Origin: the human T2T-CHM13v2.0 reference genome, Homo sapiens
Assembly: GCF_009914755.1 (NCBI RefSeq)
Contig: NC_060925.1
DNA: 64,000 nt
Strand: one strand, 5' to 3'
Positions 12,691 to 27,513 of the stretch are shown one piece after another. Under the pieces are notes generated by a model that saw only the letters and a list, made by a program, of their open reading frames with translations, was not told the DNA's origin and did no database searches. Within the stretch, counting starts at the first letter, position 1. Every line of letters begins with the position of its first letter. The translations under genes and the position numbers were made by a program.

Positions 12691-13745
12691 ATAACTTCTC
12701 TGTAGGAAAGTAACTACAAACGGTAAAGAAAGACATGCTTGTCAAAAAGGCCAGAACTCCTGAATGTGGACCCCAGGAACTCACATGTACTATCTGGTCT
12801 CCCCCAGGTTCTGCAAGGACATCAAAGACCTGAATTTTGCCTAGAAACTGACCCTAAGAGAGACAGGAAGTAGTGAGAGGATACAGACCCAACCGACTGT
12901 AGAAAACTGTGGGATTGAGGTTAATATATAATTTGCTTTAACTTGGGTGAATGTGGAATAAGGAGAGTGGCAAAATGTTAAGTTCATACTCATCTGTTTA
13001 TAATTGTGTGCTCTGAGCACCCTTTCCTTTAAAGTGGGCTGCACACACAGAGAAAGAAACATTTTTCACACAGTTTGGACCAGTGCCTGAAAAGCTCAGA
13101 CTCGGAGCGTCCAGGAGCTGAGATGCCTGTGCTGGACAGCCCCTGATTGGAGAGGAGTTAATGATCAGTGCCCCTAAAATTGTCACATAGGCAGCTGATT
13201 ATGAGAAATTGGTCCAGCTGTTTAGGTTACTTTTGAGATCAAAATTTTGTGTTTTGTCAGGGGAGTGAGTTGTCACAAACCCCATGTGGCCAAGGAGAGA
13301 CTACTAGCCTGCCCTTGTGCCAAAATGTTGCAAGCTTCTGTGGGCAGCTGATTTTAGTAGACCTTATAGGGAAACCCCTCACTCCATCTTTTTTTTCCCC
13401 TCCTTCCTACACTGAGATGTAGCAGGAAGGACCCTGGCCTTTGGGACTGGAGGTGTGGTTAGCTGGAAGTAAGTAAGGTTCTGCTAGTTCCCTGGTGAAC
13501 ATAGAATGGTACTTCTTTCTGTCTCCTCATCTGTGAGGTAAAAACATTCAGAGACTCAGTGTTTCTTATGACATTGATAAGCTAAGGTTCCACTCCCCTT
13601 TCTGGCCTGTTTTGAGTTTTCCCTGTATACTCAGTGAGTGCATATGATTTAGAAAGGTCTGGGTGGCTCAGGCAGTGGGTGTGAGAAGAGCTGCCTCACT
13701 TTGGGCTCTATGTCCTTAGGTCCAGGTTGGGATCAAGTCCAATAA

Positions 13746-14272
<527 letters not shown>

Positions 14273-14547
14273 TCCTAGATCATAAACTCTAGGAGGGCTG
14301 GGGACATTGAAGGTAGTCAGTAAGTTTTGACTGAATGAATGAATGAATGAATGGATGAATGAATGAATGGTCAGGAAATTGGAATTTGTTGGATATGTAA
14401 TTTGACAGCAGACTTTTAATGACACACTTCAGGTTCCATTTTCCCTTTAAATAAAATAAGAACAGTGCTACCTATGAAACAGGCAGTACTTAGGAGGATT
14501 ATTTCCCATAATATAACTTTGGGTGTTTAAAATGCTATTAAAAATAT

Positions 14548-14795
14548 AACTACCATCTATGAAGCTTTGTATGTGTTGAGCACTTTATTAAGAGCTTTAT
14601 TTTTATTACCTCTTTTAGTCCTCACCGCCACCCACTGTGAGGGAGGAATTATTGATCCTAGTTTATAGATGACAGAGCTGAGTCCAGAGAGGCTGAGTTA
14701 CTTGCTGAGGTCACAGAGCTGGTAAGGCATTGAGCACAGGGTCCAACTCCAGGGTGTCTGGTTCTAAAGGCTTCCCATCATGCCCCATTGCTTCT
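14548..14795 (-). mobile_element. MIR, near full length
   Basis: ttatagatgacagagctgagtccagagaggctgagttacttgctgaggtcacagagct. Confidence 0.8.
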
Positions 14796-16186
14796 GAGTG
14801 CTGTTAGGTGCTTCCCACCACTTTTTTAAATAAAAGAGACAGATATCAATTTTGGAGAGGGGTCTTCAAGATAGAAACAAATGGCAAAAAAAAAAAAAGT
14901 TGGTTATCAAATCTTTTAAACCATTTATGTGATTTAGAAAACTGTGAAGTTACTCATCATTAGAAGTGCACTTTAAAAAATTCTCTTCCTTAAGGTTCAG
15001 CTCAGTGTGCTTCATGGAAAAAACTAAATGGGGGAGCATGTTTTCTTTGGGAAAAACAAAATAGGTAAGTTTTAGGGATTTGTAGAATTTTCATTTGTTT
15101 AGCAATGGTGTACGTAGTGGTAATACACATTCAAATGCTGCCTTCTCCCAGAAACCTTCTGCCAATTCCGCACATCACTTGGAACTGGGTACCTAGCACA
15201 TAGCAGACATTCAATAAATATTGATTGAATGAATGAATTAGTACCTTCTAGCATTTCACACATATTGCCTTCCAGTATACTTGGTTTTATGTGAATGTGT
15301 GCCCTTACCTATTATAGCATAAGCACTAGAAGAGCACTGGTACCCTGCCCACTTCTTTGTACCCCTTATGGTACCTACCTAGCACAGGGCTGGAACTGAG
15401 TAGATGCTCAATGAACATTTGTGGAATTATGCTGTGGCCCCCAAATTATTTTGTGGCCCCTAAAGCTTTGCAGCTGAGTGAATGGCCCATTGAAAACTAG
15501 CACGATGATCAGATGGACTTCTCTCTGTCTAAGGGCATTGATTGAGACCCACATTTATATTGAGGGTGGAAATGTCCAACAAAGACAAAGAAAAGCATAT
15601 TTATTGCTTTAGATAGAAGTCATATTTGTTTCTTTCACTCTGGAAGATATAGTCACATAAGGTCATGAGCTATTTTTTCTTCCTACTTAATTGCTAGTCT
15701 GTGGGTTGGTGAAAGCTCACATGCTTAGCTTTTCAGTGAAACTTTCACAGTCCATGTGGCTCTGACTCAGAATTTTTTCCCCTATCTGCTTCTTCTGTTG
15801 CCAATTCATTGTTTATCTCCTTTGTGTTTTACATCTGACCTATTATTTTGCATGCTGTTTTGGATTACTGAGGTAGCAACATCCAAATAGTTTCTGTGTA
15901 CATTTTAGCTTTTGGGAGTCAGGCAGCTGCTCTGGGGCCTGTTTGAGTCAGGTCAGGGTCAGAAATGCCCTTCTGCTTTTGTTTCCGTGGAAGAAGTTGG
16001 CCTGGAACTCTCTCTGGGCACCTTCTGCGCCCTCTGGCAACCAGAAAAGCAAAGTCGTTCATCAAAATCTCAGACTGGAGCAACTCCTTAAAACAGCTTC
16101 CACAGTTCTTGCACATACTCCTTTCTTGATTTGTTGCATATCATTTCAGGCACCTCTTTTAATGCAGCTATTCAGGCTGCCTAAGG

Positions 16187-16689
16187 CAGTGGTCCCCAAC
16201 CTTTTTAGCACCAGGGACCAGTTTTGTGGAAGATAGTTCTTCCACCGATGGGGTGGGGGTGGTGGTTTGGAGATGATTCAAGCACATTACATTTATTGTG
16301 CACTTTATTTCTGTTATTATTATATTGTAATATATAATGAAATAATTATATAACTCACAATAATGTAGAATCAGTGGGAGCCCTGAGCTTGTTTTCCTGC
16401 AACTAGATGGTCCCATCTGGGGGTGATGGGAGACAGTGCCAGATCATCAGGCATTAGACTCTCATAAGGAGCACGCAACTTAGATACCTCGCATATGCAG
16501 TTCACAACAGGGTTCGCTCCTATGAGAATCTAATGCCACCACTGATCTGACAGGAGGTGGAGCTCAGGCGGTAATGCAAGTGAGGGGGAGCAGCTGTAAA
16601 TACAGATGAAGCTTCGCTCACTTGCCCACAGCTCTCCTCCTGCTGTGCAGCCAGGTTCCTAACAGGCCATGGACCAGTAGGAGACCCTG
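16187..16689. mobile_element. MER1A hAT-Charlie element
   Basis: Starts cagtggtccccaaccttttt, ends ccctg; perfect 8-bp TSD gcctaagg at 16179-16186 and 16690-16697. Confidence 0.93.
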
Positions 16690-17267
16690 GCCTAAGGGAC
16701 CAGGACAGTGGCCAGTGCTTTTCATAGCCTCTTAGTACTTCTGGTGGAGTGTCTCTATTCCCCTCAATTCCCTCCTATTCCGCTAGGAGTTTGAATCTGC
16801 TTTGCCCAGTTCTGTCCTGCCAGCCTTTTTCCTTTCACTGAATTGCCTTCACTTTTTGCCTATTAGCTTTGATCTCTTTGGAAAAAAGGGCACTGGGGTA
16901 TTATTACTGCCTCTGTTTGTTTTTGCAAATGCACTATGATTTGTGGTTGGTCTTTTGGCTAGCCTGAGGCTACCTGACCCTCCCTCAACAGCCCTAGTTC
17001 CCCCAGGTCATTCTGTAGTTTTGCCCATTTCTTTAATTAATGTTGGTGAGAGTCTCCGAGCAATGAAGACTTTTTGGATATGGAGAGAAGCAGAACCAGA
17101 GGGATACCAGTAATTATGCTAATCTGAGAGCATTAAGTCTTCAAATATACATTTTTGGATAAGCAATTCTGTTGTTTTTGAAGTTTGGTTGTCTTTTTGT
17201 TTCTGGGTGGTGGACTATAATTTTGTATTAAGGAAAGAATGCCTGCCCTTATATATCCAGGACTGGA

Positions 17268-17321
17268 TTTTTTTTTTCTTTTTCTTTTCTTTTCTTTTCT
17301 TTTTCTTTTTTTTTTTTTTTT
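17268..17321. repeat. (TTTTC)n / poly-T tract
   Basis: Direct reading. Confidence 0.9.
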
Positions 17322-18065
17322 GAGTACTCATGAAAGGAAACCATAAGAATGTTTGGGTCTAATAATATACTTGCTTGTGTATGAAGATAAAACCAATAAT
17401 AACATTAATACCACCCTTCAGTGGTGAAATGCTTTAACCTTTCAAAACAACTCCTTTTATGAACTTACTCTATCAGTTGGCAAGGTGATTTCAGGGCTAT
17501 CTCCTGTGGTGATGATGGATCTGTGGGAGCTTTTCTAATTGTGTGGGTGAATTTGAGAGACCCCATCCCAGTGGTTCTTGTTCAGGGGTGAGTATGGAAT
17601 CATGTGGGGAACCGCCATGAATTACACATACCCAGGTCCTGCCCAGGACCTACTGACACAGTCCTGGGGTGGGGGACCTGCCCACTTGGAAAACTTCCTG
17701 GGACTTCCTCAGCTGGACCCTCTGGGGATTGGGGAAATGCATTGCAGTCACCTGCCTGGGGTAGTAGGGGCTGCCACATCTGTGACTAGGACCCAAGGAG
17801 AGTGATGATGACCCTTCTTGGAATCATGCAGAACACACAGTGACAGTCCCTTTTGGAAGCTGGCCACAGGCTGCACTTTATTCATTATTTTAACAGCAAC
17901 CAAACATTTGCTGTGTGCCCACTGGTGGCCGCTAGACAGTCTTCCCACCCTTTAGCTCATGTAGTCATTTAAACCAGTTCCATCACTAGAGAAATGTGTT
18001 ACTAGCCCCTTGAAGGAGAGTGGGCCTTCAACTGGATTCAGGAGTTGTGGTCTGAGGAGAGTGAT

Positions 18066-18427
18066 TGATATGGTTTGGCTCTGTGTCCCCACCCAAATCT
18101 CATGTAGTAGCTCCCATAACTCCCACGTGTTGTGGGAGAGACCCAGTGGGAGATAATTGAATCATAGGAGCAGGTCTTTCCCATGCTGTTCTCATGACAG
18201 TGAGTAAGTCTCATGAAACGTGATGGTTTTAAAAATGGGAGTTTCCCTGCACAAGCTCTTTCTCTCTTTGCCTGCTGCCATCCATGTAAGATGTGACTTG
18301 CTCCTCTTTGCCTTCTGCCATAATTGTGAGGCCTCCCCAGCCATTTGGCATTGTAAGTCCATTAAACCTCTTTTTCTTCCCAGTCTCGGGTGTGTCTTTA
18401 TCAGCAGCATGAAAATGGACTAATAGA
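18066..18427 (+). mobile_element. THE1 (A/B-like) MaLR solo LTR inserted in a MIR
   Basis: tgatatggtttggctctgtgtccccacccaaatctc...ggactaataga; 5-bp TSD gtgat at 18061-18065 and 18428-18432. Confidence 0.95.
18154..18164 (+). promoter_or_regulatory. DUX4 consensus motif (TAAYBBAATCA) in THE1 LTR
   Basis: taattgaatca exact match; activity not shown. Confidence 0.5.
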
Positions 18428-19784
18428 GTGATTTAATGAGTTTCACCAGCATGGGTTTCTTTAGCCTCGGTTTCTTTGTCTGCAGTATATGGGCTAATGG
18501 TACACACCTTGAGGTTGTTGAGGGAGAAGAGACGGGCTCAAGTGCTGCCTTTGTCTTACCAACCTTGTGAAGCCTCCTTGAGCAGCCATGTCTTCATTTG
18601 TAAGATGAGAATAAGAGCACCTGTTTTATGGGCTTTTTGTAAGGATTGCGTGTGCTCATGTAAGAAAAACCCCTTGCACCCTGCATAGTACCTTGCAGAG
18701 CAAATGGTGGTGATAATGACAATAGAAGGAGCTCTCTTTATTGAGTGCTTACTGTGTGCCAGGCACTGTGCTGGGCACTGGACTACAACAGAGGGGAAAG
18801 ATAGGCATCGTTCCTGACCTCACTGCGCTTAACAAAGAGAAAGCTCTAAGAGAAAGTTTTCAAAGCATTACCCTTCTCTGTATATTTAAGAGGAAAGCTT
18901 TAATGTTATAGGATGCCTTCTAAATATGTATTTTATAACACAGTGGGTAGAATGTGGAATGTGTCTTCTGGGAGGGAACTGGAGTTTTGCATTTCCTGCC
19001 TGCTTGTGCTTTTGAATTTGTGGCTGTAATGCTGCCCTGCCTGAGGTTTCAGCAGTTAATATTTCCCAGGGCAGCATGATGTCAACGCCCCGTGGTCTCT
19101 TATCTACAAGAAGGGTATAGCCGGGGCAGAGGGAGAGAAAGGACTATTTTCAAAGCCTCTCTTGAAGACTTTGTTGAGCTTTAACTTAAAATTTTCCTCA
19201 TCTCCTTCCTCAAACGTTTGTGCTTGATGTGCATAAACCATGCCAGTGTTTTGGAAGATTCAAGTTTGACCACCATAAATTGGTTCATATTTCCAGCAGG
19301 GCAGTTATTTAATTTCCTGTTGGAAGTCTACAAAATGTTGGCACTGTTTGCTCTTTGGCAGAAGACCAAAACTCAGTACAGTATCATTAGCATGCTCTGG
19401 TACATAGATTAAAGCACGATTGTCTTTAATAAGAGGCCATCCCTGTTTAGGATGGGGCTTTGGGGGCTGCAAGGGTGCAGGGAAGCACAACGAGCTTTCT
19501 AATCAAAATCAAAGTGCAGTTACTGGGACTCACTCGAGAAGGGTTAAAGGGAGGGCAGAATTCCGATTTCTTGTCTCAATTTCATTTGTTTGGGTTATTT
19601 TGCTCTAGACTCTGGGAGAGTTTTGGAGGCCAGGGCTGGCTGGTTTGTGGGATACCCTGGTTTAAGCCTCGTGCTTCTTCTGCATTCCTCCCTCTTGGCA
19701 GTACGGCTCATGGGAGAAGCCCACCTCTGAAGCCCATAGAGAAATGCAGAGTGTCTCTACGGAACCCACTGTAGTAACTGAAAT

Positions 19785-20010
19785 GTTATAATGGTGGGCA
19801 TTTACAGAGGCTCTGTTATCAGTGAGGCACTTTACATATGCATATTCAGCCTTTACAGTAACCCTGTGAGATACGTATTATTATTGCTGTTTTGAGGATG
19901 AGAATACTGAGATGCAAAAAGATTAAAGTATCTGTAGCCAGTGAGTATCTGAGCTGGGGTTAGAACCCAGTTCTGTTCCTTGGAAAGATTCTTACTCTTC
20001 TCATATACCC
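19785..20010 (-). mobile_element. MIR
   Basis: aaccctgtgagatacgtattattatt...gatgagaatactgagatgc...ttagaacccag. Confidence 0.75.
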
Positions 20011-22569
20011 TAATAAGGGCCTGGGGAAGGAAAGGATCTGAGTTTTCAAAAAAGCTTGAAAATTTGCCTAACATGAATCTTGGGAAATTATTTCTAGGGG
20101 CTTCTTACCAGATTAGCTCTGTTTTTCTTTCGCAGAGGCCCTTCAGTGTTGGCTCTTTGGTAGAATGAGCATAGAAATGTATTTTTTTCCTACAAATATT
20201 GTATCATGAAAAATGTCAGACAGATTGAAAAGTTGAACACCACCTACATTCTACTATTGCTGTTTTATTCTATTTACTTTATCACTTGTTTCTCCATCTA
20301 ACCTCTAAGATCTATTTATATTTGTTAGAACATCTTTTCTCTCTGCCCTTCTGTTCCTTTGATTGATGGCAATGGCCTGATGGGAAGTAATTCACAAAAC
20401 CAGAGGGAAAGTACAGTGCTTAGAACAATCTTTTTTTTAGGAAAAAGAGAAAATTGTTCTTATGTTTAGGTAGAGCCCAAAATGGGCATTTTTCCCCTCC
20501 CCTAGGTCTGTTGTTTAAAGGATCTGACAGAAATAATTATAATGAGGCTGATGGTGAATACATAAGGTATAACCTATTATTACTGTCTTCTATGCACCAG
20601 GCATGATGCTGACTGCTTAGTAACCTTATCTCATTGATCATTTCAACATTCCTAATTTACAGATGAGCAAACAGCCTAGAGAGGTTGATTTCTGAGCTGG
20701 GATTTGAGACTGGTGTGTAGAGACTATGGTGTGATTTCTCTGCATTTCAAATTATGCTTCCCTATATTTTTGTTCCAGGGTCTCAGTGGGAGGCCCTAGA
20801 AGGTTACTACTAATAAGGAAAAATTGCTAAAGCCCTGGAAATTGAAGGCTACCAGAACCTTGTAAAGATTCTCTGGGACTAGACCTCATTCCTCTGAGGA
20901 TCCTTGTCAGACAGTTTCCAGGGGGTGGGGAGATGTTCTGCTCTCCCCAGAGTGTCATAGAAAGTTTCTGTGGCTTTCGGAATTTCTCATGACTGATTCA
21001 CATCTTCTTCTCCAGCTTAGAAGAAAATCCAAACACTTACCTTTGGTTTATCAGTTGGTTAATGTTGTTTTCTTTTCATGGTAGGATCATCTATGGCCTC
21101 CTTAGACCTATACAAGTGACATCTTTTCTTCCTGGGGAAGAAGATGGTTTCTGCAGGCACTGACTTATGAGGGCAGGTGCATACCTTTTGTAAGGGATGA
21201 AACTTGAAAAAGAATGGGTGCTTTTTGATGTGTTTATGCTTGAACCTGCTTCCTTGTTGAGTGTGATCTTGAGCAAGTCACATAAGCTTCTTAAACTCTT
21301 GGCATCCCTGCAGCAGTTATTATTGTGAGGGAGATGGAAAAAAGGTATGGATAGAGTTCTTTCCATTAGAAAATGTAATATTCCTCAGGAGCCCATGAAG
21401 AGGATGCTGCTGAAAACTGAGGACATGGCATAGATAGGAATTGCTAGAGAAAGGCAGTAGAGAGAAGAAAAATACCTGTTGGTTGAAATAGTTGATTGGA
21501 GGAATAAAAATTGCCTGGAACTTAAAGTTTCCTTCGAATACCAGCACTGTCCATCAGTAGCTGTATAAATTAGCCTCTTTGGTCATTAAGTTTCATCATA
21601 AAGTGGGATTATTAATACCTACATCATAGTCTTATTGTAAGGATAAAGTTTACATAATGTATGTAAATCTCCTAACAGTAGTTCATAGTACTTGGCGATA
21701 AAAGATATCTCTTAGAAGTAGGAAATGGGGAAACTGAGGTACACCTTGAAACCTGAGTAGGATTTGGATGCGTAAAATGGTCCAGTTCTGAAAGTATTTT
21801 ACAAATATCACCATGGAACACTATGCAGGCATCAAGAAGCATGGTTGAAACCCAAAACTCTTCTTTCTTTTAATAAGGCAAAGGTGGTTAACTTTTTGAG
21901 CCAAAAGTTCCAAATTGTTCAGTAAAATGTCATTGATAAGATATCAAAATATCAGATATCATTTTGGTTGAAGCTCAAGTTGGCAAGAACCAAGGGTGGA
22001 ATTGCTAAGCTGGGTGACACATTTGAAGCCATTGTAATGTTTTAGTGATCTCCACAGGGCACGTCATTGGTGGCTCTCCCTGTCCCCCTGCAAGCCCTGC
22101 AATCTGGCTGCATTTTCTACACACTTGTTTGGTTGTTTCATGAAATCTACCCCCCTGTACTGCTGCAGGCCACAAAGAACAGTGTTCAGTAAGGTGGATT
22201 TTGGAAACTGAAGTTGTGATTGCACTGTAGAAGGCTTTCATTGTTTGTTTTGTTTTGCTTTTAGTTTATGGAGGACTGTTGGGAGATTAGGAGAAGGAAA
22301 ATGCCCCAGTAGAACTGAAATCCTAGTCTAGCACCTGAAAAGAGTGAATTTTGCCTTCTTTTTTTTCTCTGCTACCTTGCAGTCATTTCTGCTATATGCA
22401 GATTCAGGTTTGATGTGAATTTTGAGTTTAGCTGGAATTAGTTCTTTCATGGCCTTGGGGAAGATGTGGATAAAAGAATGAACATACTAAGGGTTGACAG
22501 TAAAATTCAAAGGTCAGGTAAGGTTCTGTATGCATCCTCTGCCTGGAGTGGTTGTGTAGTGATAGTGTT

Positions 22570-22765
22570 AGGACTTTATAAGTCTTTTTCTCACATCATC
22601 CTTATAACAAGCCTTAGAGATAAGTATTGTTTTTATTGCTATTGTGCAGATGGAGAAACAGATGAGGAATGGAGAAGTTCAATAACCTGTGTGAGGTGGT
22701 ACAGCTAGGAAGTGGCAGAGATGGGACTTGAATTCAAATCTCTGACATGTAAGCCCTTCCAGCAA
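22570..22765 (-). mobile_element. MIR
   Basis: cagatggagaaacaga...acagctaggaagtggcagagatgggacttgaa. Confidence 0.75.
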
Positions 22766-23984
22766 TTGTGGTGGAATATGCTATCTCTGTTACAGGCTTC
22801 TCTTGTAACAAGCTGTGCTTGTTAATGCTCTATAAGGAGCCTCTGGGAGCAAGGAAAAGGGAAAGATTTTTTGTGTTCACTTTGCATCCACACAGCCCTT
22901 TTTATTCTCAAGATTATGCTGGGGGGAGGAAGCACTAGAACTACCGTGAATTAAGTGTTCACATTGTACCTAGATTAAAGCAAGGTGCTCTGCATAATTC
23001 TCACATTTAACCATGCTGTCCTTATCCTTATTTCATTGATGAGCTTCAGAAAGTCAGGTTCCTTGACCCCAGTTTCACCCACAGAGGAAGTTCTGATGGT
23101 GAAATTTGAACACAGAATGAGTCCACCACCTTGCCTTCCTCTTCGGTTTTCAATGACTTCTCCCTGACAGTCCTGCGATGGCATTTGTGGTTTTAATTTC
23201 AAAGACCCTTACAATTGTTGATGGTTGATAGCATTTGGTATCCATTGGAAACTGCCAACACTTTTCACTGCTGCATTTGGAAGAAAATCATAGTGAGTTG
23301 ATGTGTTAGTGATTCAGGACTTCTGGGAAACTGAGAGCACCCGTGTGTACTTATTTGGAGTCAATACTTTATGAACAACTTTGGCCCAAAAGGAGAAAAA
23401 TCTGTCTTCTGAAATTGAGTGCAGGTCTCTTAGTGGCTTACCTCAGCAGGGAGCCAGTTATTACATAAGCTGAATACCAGGTCCGTGGGTTTCCCTAACC
23501 TGAAAAAGAAGCAGCGTTTGCAGTTATGAGGAAAACAGAAAGACCCATTTCTCTGTGGCATGATACTGAACAGGCAGCTTCAGCCGTGAGGATATTTTGG
23601 CCGGAGGAAAATGTAGCTTAAGAAAAGTCCCAGCTGGTTCAAGTGACTTAAGCCCAGCTATTCATGAAATATTATCTGACAGCTCCCCCTTCTCCTCAAG
23701 TGGCTGGGGAGTGAGTCACAATTGCCCCAGAAACCTGTGTTCTCATATGGGATTTTGGTATTCCAGGTTTGCTCTACTTTGCACACTGGACAGCTTCATG
23801 AAAAGCCATATTTGGTGCAGACATTTTCTTGTGATGATAAAAGCATTTAGTAAATGTACTGGGAAGCTTGCCGTGATGAATCCTTTTGTTAAGAAATTAA
23901 CCAACATTAATTTTGAATGTAGGACTGTCCCACGTGCCCAGCACTGTGCTTGCTGATGTGGGGGTTCAGAGATTATGAGACATG

Positions 23985-24112
23985 TGAAACACTAGAATGG
24001 AATCTCCATGAAGGCAGCGATTTGCCTATTTTGTTTTCTGATGAAACTGTGGTATATGTAACAGTGTCTGGCACATAGTGGATGCGAAATAGATATTTGT
24101 TGAACAAGTGAG
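23985..24112 (+). mobile_element. L2 3' end, nested in an opposite-strand L2
   Basis: actagaatggaatctccatgaaggcag...aacagtgtctggcacatagtg...atatttgttgaa. Confidence 0.75.
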
Positions 24113-24254
24113 TATGTCTCTGCCCATAACAGCTTACAACCTAGTTTGCTTGCATTAATTAATCAACTAATTATTAATTAATGAATGATTTTATTCCTTT
24201 ATTCTACTTATATGAGCATCCAGAAGTCCTCAATTTTATTAGGATATCTTTAAT

Positions 24255-25000
24255 TCTTTTTATTATTTAAAAAGGTAAACATGTGATGTGTTTGTTGTAG
24301 AAAATGAGAAAAGAGCAAAGATGTAAAAAGAAAAATAATTGAGACAATAATTATTTTAATTTAAGCTTATATCATTAGAAACTTTTTCCATGTAAATACC
24401 TGATTTTAAAAAATGAGTTTAATTCTCTTGCAAGTTGATTTTATAACTTGCTTTCCTCCCACTTATCAGTGTTATTGTGAACAGCTTTCCATATCAAAAT
24501 ACACTGTTCTCAAATCATCAATTTTTAATCACACAATTTAGCATTGTGTGTGATTGCATCATAGTTTTCTTAATCCCTATTGTTGAATTGTTGGGCATTA
24601 CTCCTCTCTCTGTTTCATTAGTATAAACAATGCTATGATTATCTGTTAATTTTTGTGCATATCCATGATTATTTTCTTGGCAATAACCCTTTGAAGTGGA
24701 ATTATTGAGTCAAAGGTAAAAGTCTTTTGATCTACACAATCATTGTGGCTACCATAAAGGTTACAGAAATGTATTCCCCTCTCTGTGTTCTGTGGAAATA
24801 AAGTGGTTTTTTTGTTTACACATAACTGATGCCATGTATTGTCATTTAAAAAAAAAACAACTTTCTGGGTTAAAAAAGGGAATATTATTGTTATTTAAGT
24901 TAATATACTTTTGATTACTGGTGATGTTAAAAATCTTTTAAAATATTTTTTGTCATTTGTATTTCTTCTTTTGCAAGTTACTGGTTTATATCCATTTTCT
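24255..25000 (-). mobile_element. Old L1ME fragment
   Basis: taaacaatgctatg...gaagtggaattattgagtcaaagg...ttgattactggtgatgtt. Confidence 0.7.
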
Positions 25001-25266
25001 TACTCAGAGACTCGAGGACAGATCTTCTTTCCTTGGTCCCTCCCAATCCATGATGGGACTTGCTATGGAATTTGTCCACAGTTAGCCCCAGTAAATGTTG
25101 AATCCTCCCATCCACCCACTCATTCATCTACCCACTCACCCATCCATCCATCGATTTATATGTTGATTCATTCAATGAGTATGGAGGACCTAATAGATAC
25201 AAGGTTTATAATTTAAGATAGCGCTTTGAAAGTTTTTTTGATATTGCTGCTAACTACAGACATTAC

Positions 25267-25908
<642 letters not shown>

Positions 25909-26016
25909 TAATACAATGAGCAACTAATCCAAAAAGTTTTTTTTCTCCTAATGAGTTTTCCTTTGGGTAATGGAACTGATCTTGTCTTTTCTGTGCACCC
26001 AGCAGGGTTGGGTAGA

Positions 26017-26355
26017 CAGAAATCAACAAATGTTTTCTGTAAAAGTCTGGATAGTAAAGATTTCAGGCTTTGCAGGCCATATAGACTCTGTTGCAACTAT
26101 TCCACTCTGCTCTAAAAGCAGGAAAGCAGCCATAGATAATTTGTAAACAAATGAGCATGGCTTTGTTCCAATGAAAATTTATATATAGAAATAAAATTTA
26201 AATTTCATACAGCTTTCATTTGTCACAAAATATTATTTGTCTTTTTTTTTCCCCCAGTCACTTAAAAATTTAAAAACCATTCTTAAGTTTGTAGGCCATA
26301 CAAAAATAGACAGTGAGCTGGATTTGGCCTGGGGTTTGCAGTTTGCTGATCCCTG
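26017..26355. mobile_element. MER58B hAT-Charlie element
   Basis: ttttctgtaaaagtctggatagtaaa...ggatttggcc...agtttgctgatccctg, ~340 bp. Confidence 0.85.
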
Positions 26356-26779
26356 GGGTAGGGTCTCAGAAGCATGCTTTGAGGCTTTGAGGAGCTAATC
26401 TGGTTTTGCAAATTTGCTACAAACAACCCCACAATGGATGATTCATAAATGAATAATAGAATTGAGTTTAGCTGAGGCTTGGATATGTATCCTACCTCTT
26501 AATGACTGGCAATACATAATTCTTAGTGTGTTAGCAATATTTTAAGCTTCTAAAAATACTTTTATTATATATTTACTCATAAAAATTTTACAGTTATGAG
26601 CAAAGAAAAAACGCTTTCCTATCCTTTGTCAATATTTTGATGTGTCTTTTTTCAGTCTTCATGTATATATAGGGCTTACGTATGTATAATGTCTTTCTTT
26701 ACAAACACTGTTGAATCCTGCTTTATTTCTCTTAATAATATATGGTAAATATTTGTCAGTGTTGTTGAATATTCAAATA

Positions 26780-27513
26780 TAAACTGAAACCACAATAAAA
26801 TACCACTACATACCCACAGAATGGCTATGATTAAAAAAACAACTAACAATACCAAGCATTGGTAAGGATGTAGAGAAACTGAAATCCTCATCCATTTCTG
26901 GTAGGAATCTAAAATGGTGCAGCCACTTTGGACAACAATTTGGCAGTTTCTTTAAAAATTAAACTTAGCATATGACCCAGGAGCTCCAGTCCTAGGTATT
27001 TATCCAAAAGAAATGAAAACACATGCCCACACAACGATAGGTATGCAGATATTCAAAGCAGCATTATTTATAATAGCCAAAAATTAGAAACAACCTAAAT
27101 GTTCATCAACTGGTGAATGGATAAACAAAATGTGGTATATCTATACAATAGAATACTATTTAGTAATTAAAAGGAGCAAAATAAAGAGAGGCTACCACAT
27201 GGATAAACCTCAAAAACATTATGCTAAGTGAAAGAAGTTAAGCACAAAAGACCACATATTGTGTGATTGCATGTACATTACATTTCTAGAAAAGGCAAAA
27301 AACTAGAGACAGAAAGCAGATCAGTGTTTGCCTCAGGCAAGGTGGGAATGGTTAGCGTCACTTCTAGGAGCAGCAGAACTTTTGGGGATGACGGAAATGT
27401 TTTAAAAGTCGAATGTGGTGATTGCACGACTGTATATATTTACTAAAATTATTGAACTGTACACTAAATGGGTGAATGTTATGTGAATTATACCTAAATA
27501 TAACTGGTAAAAA
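26780..27513 (+). mobile_element. L1MB-like 3' fragment
   Basis: ggtaaggatgtagagaaactg...aaacattatgctaagtgaaagaag...gtgaattatacc. Confidence 0.88.

Noticed and set aside
17268-17330. Orphan retroposon tail (T-tract followed by gag)
   Set aside because: Only 3 nt resemble an Alu end and there is no TSD; treated as a simple repeat.
24152-24183. cattaattaat...attaattaatg hairpin
   Set aside because: AT-only low complexity.
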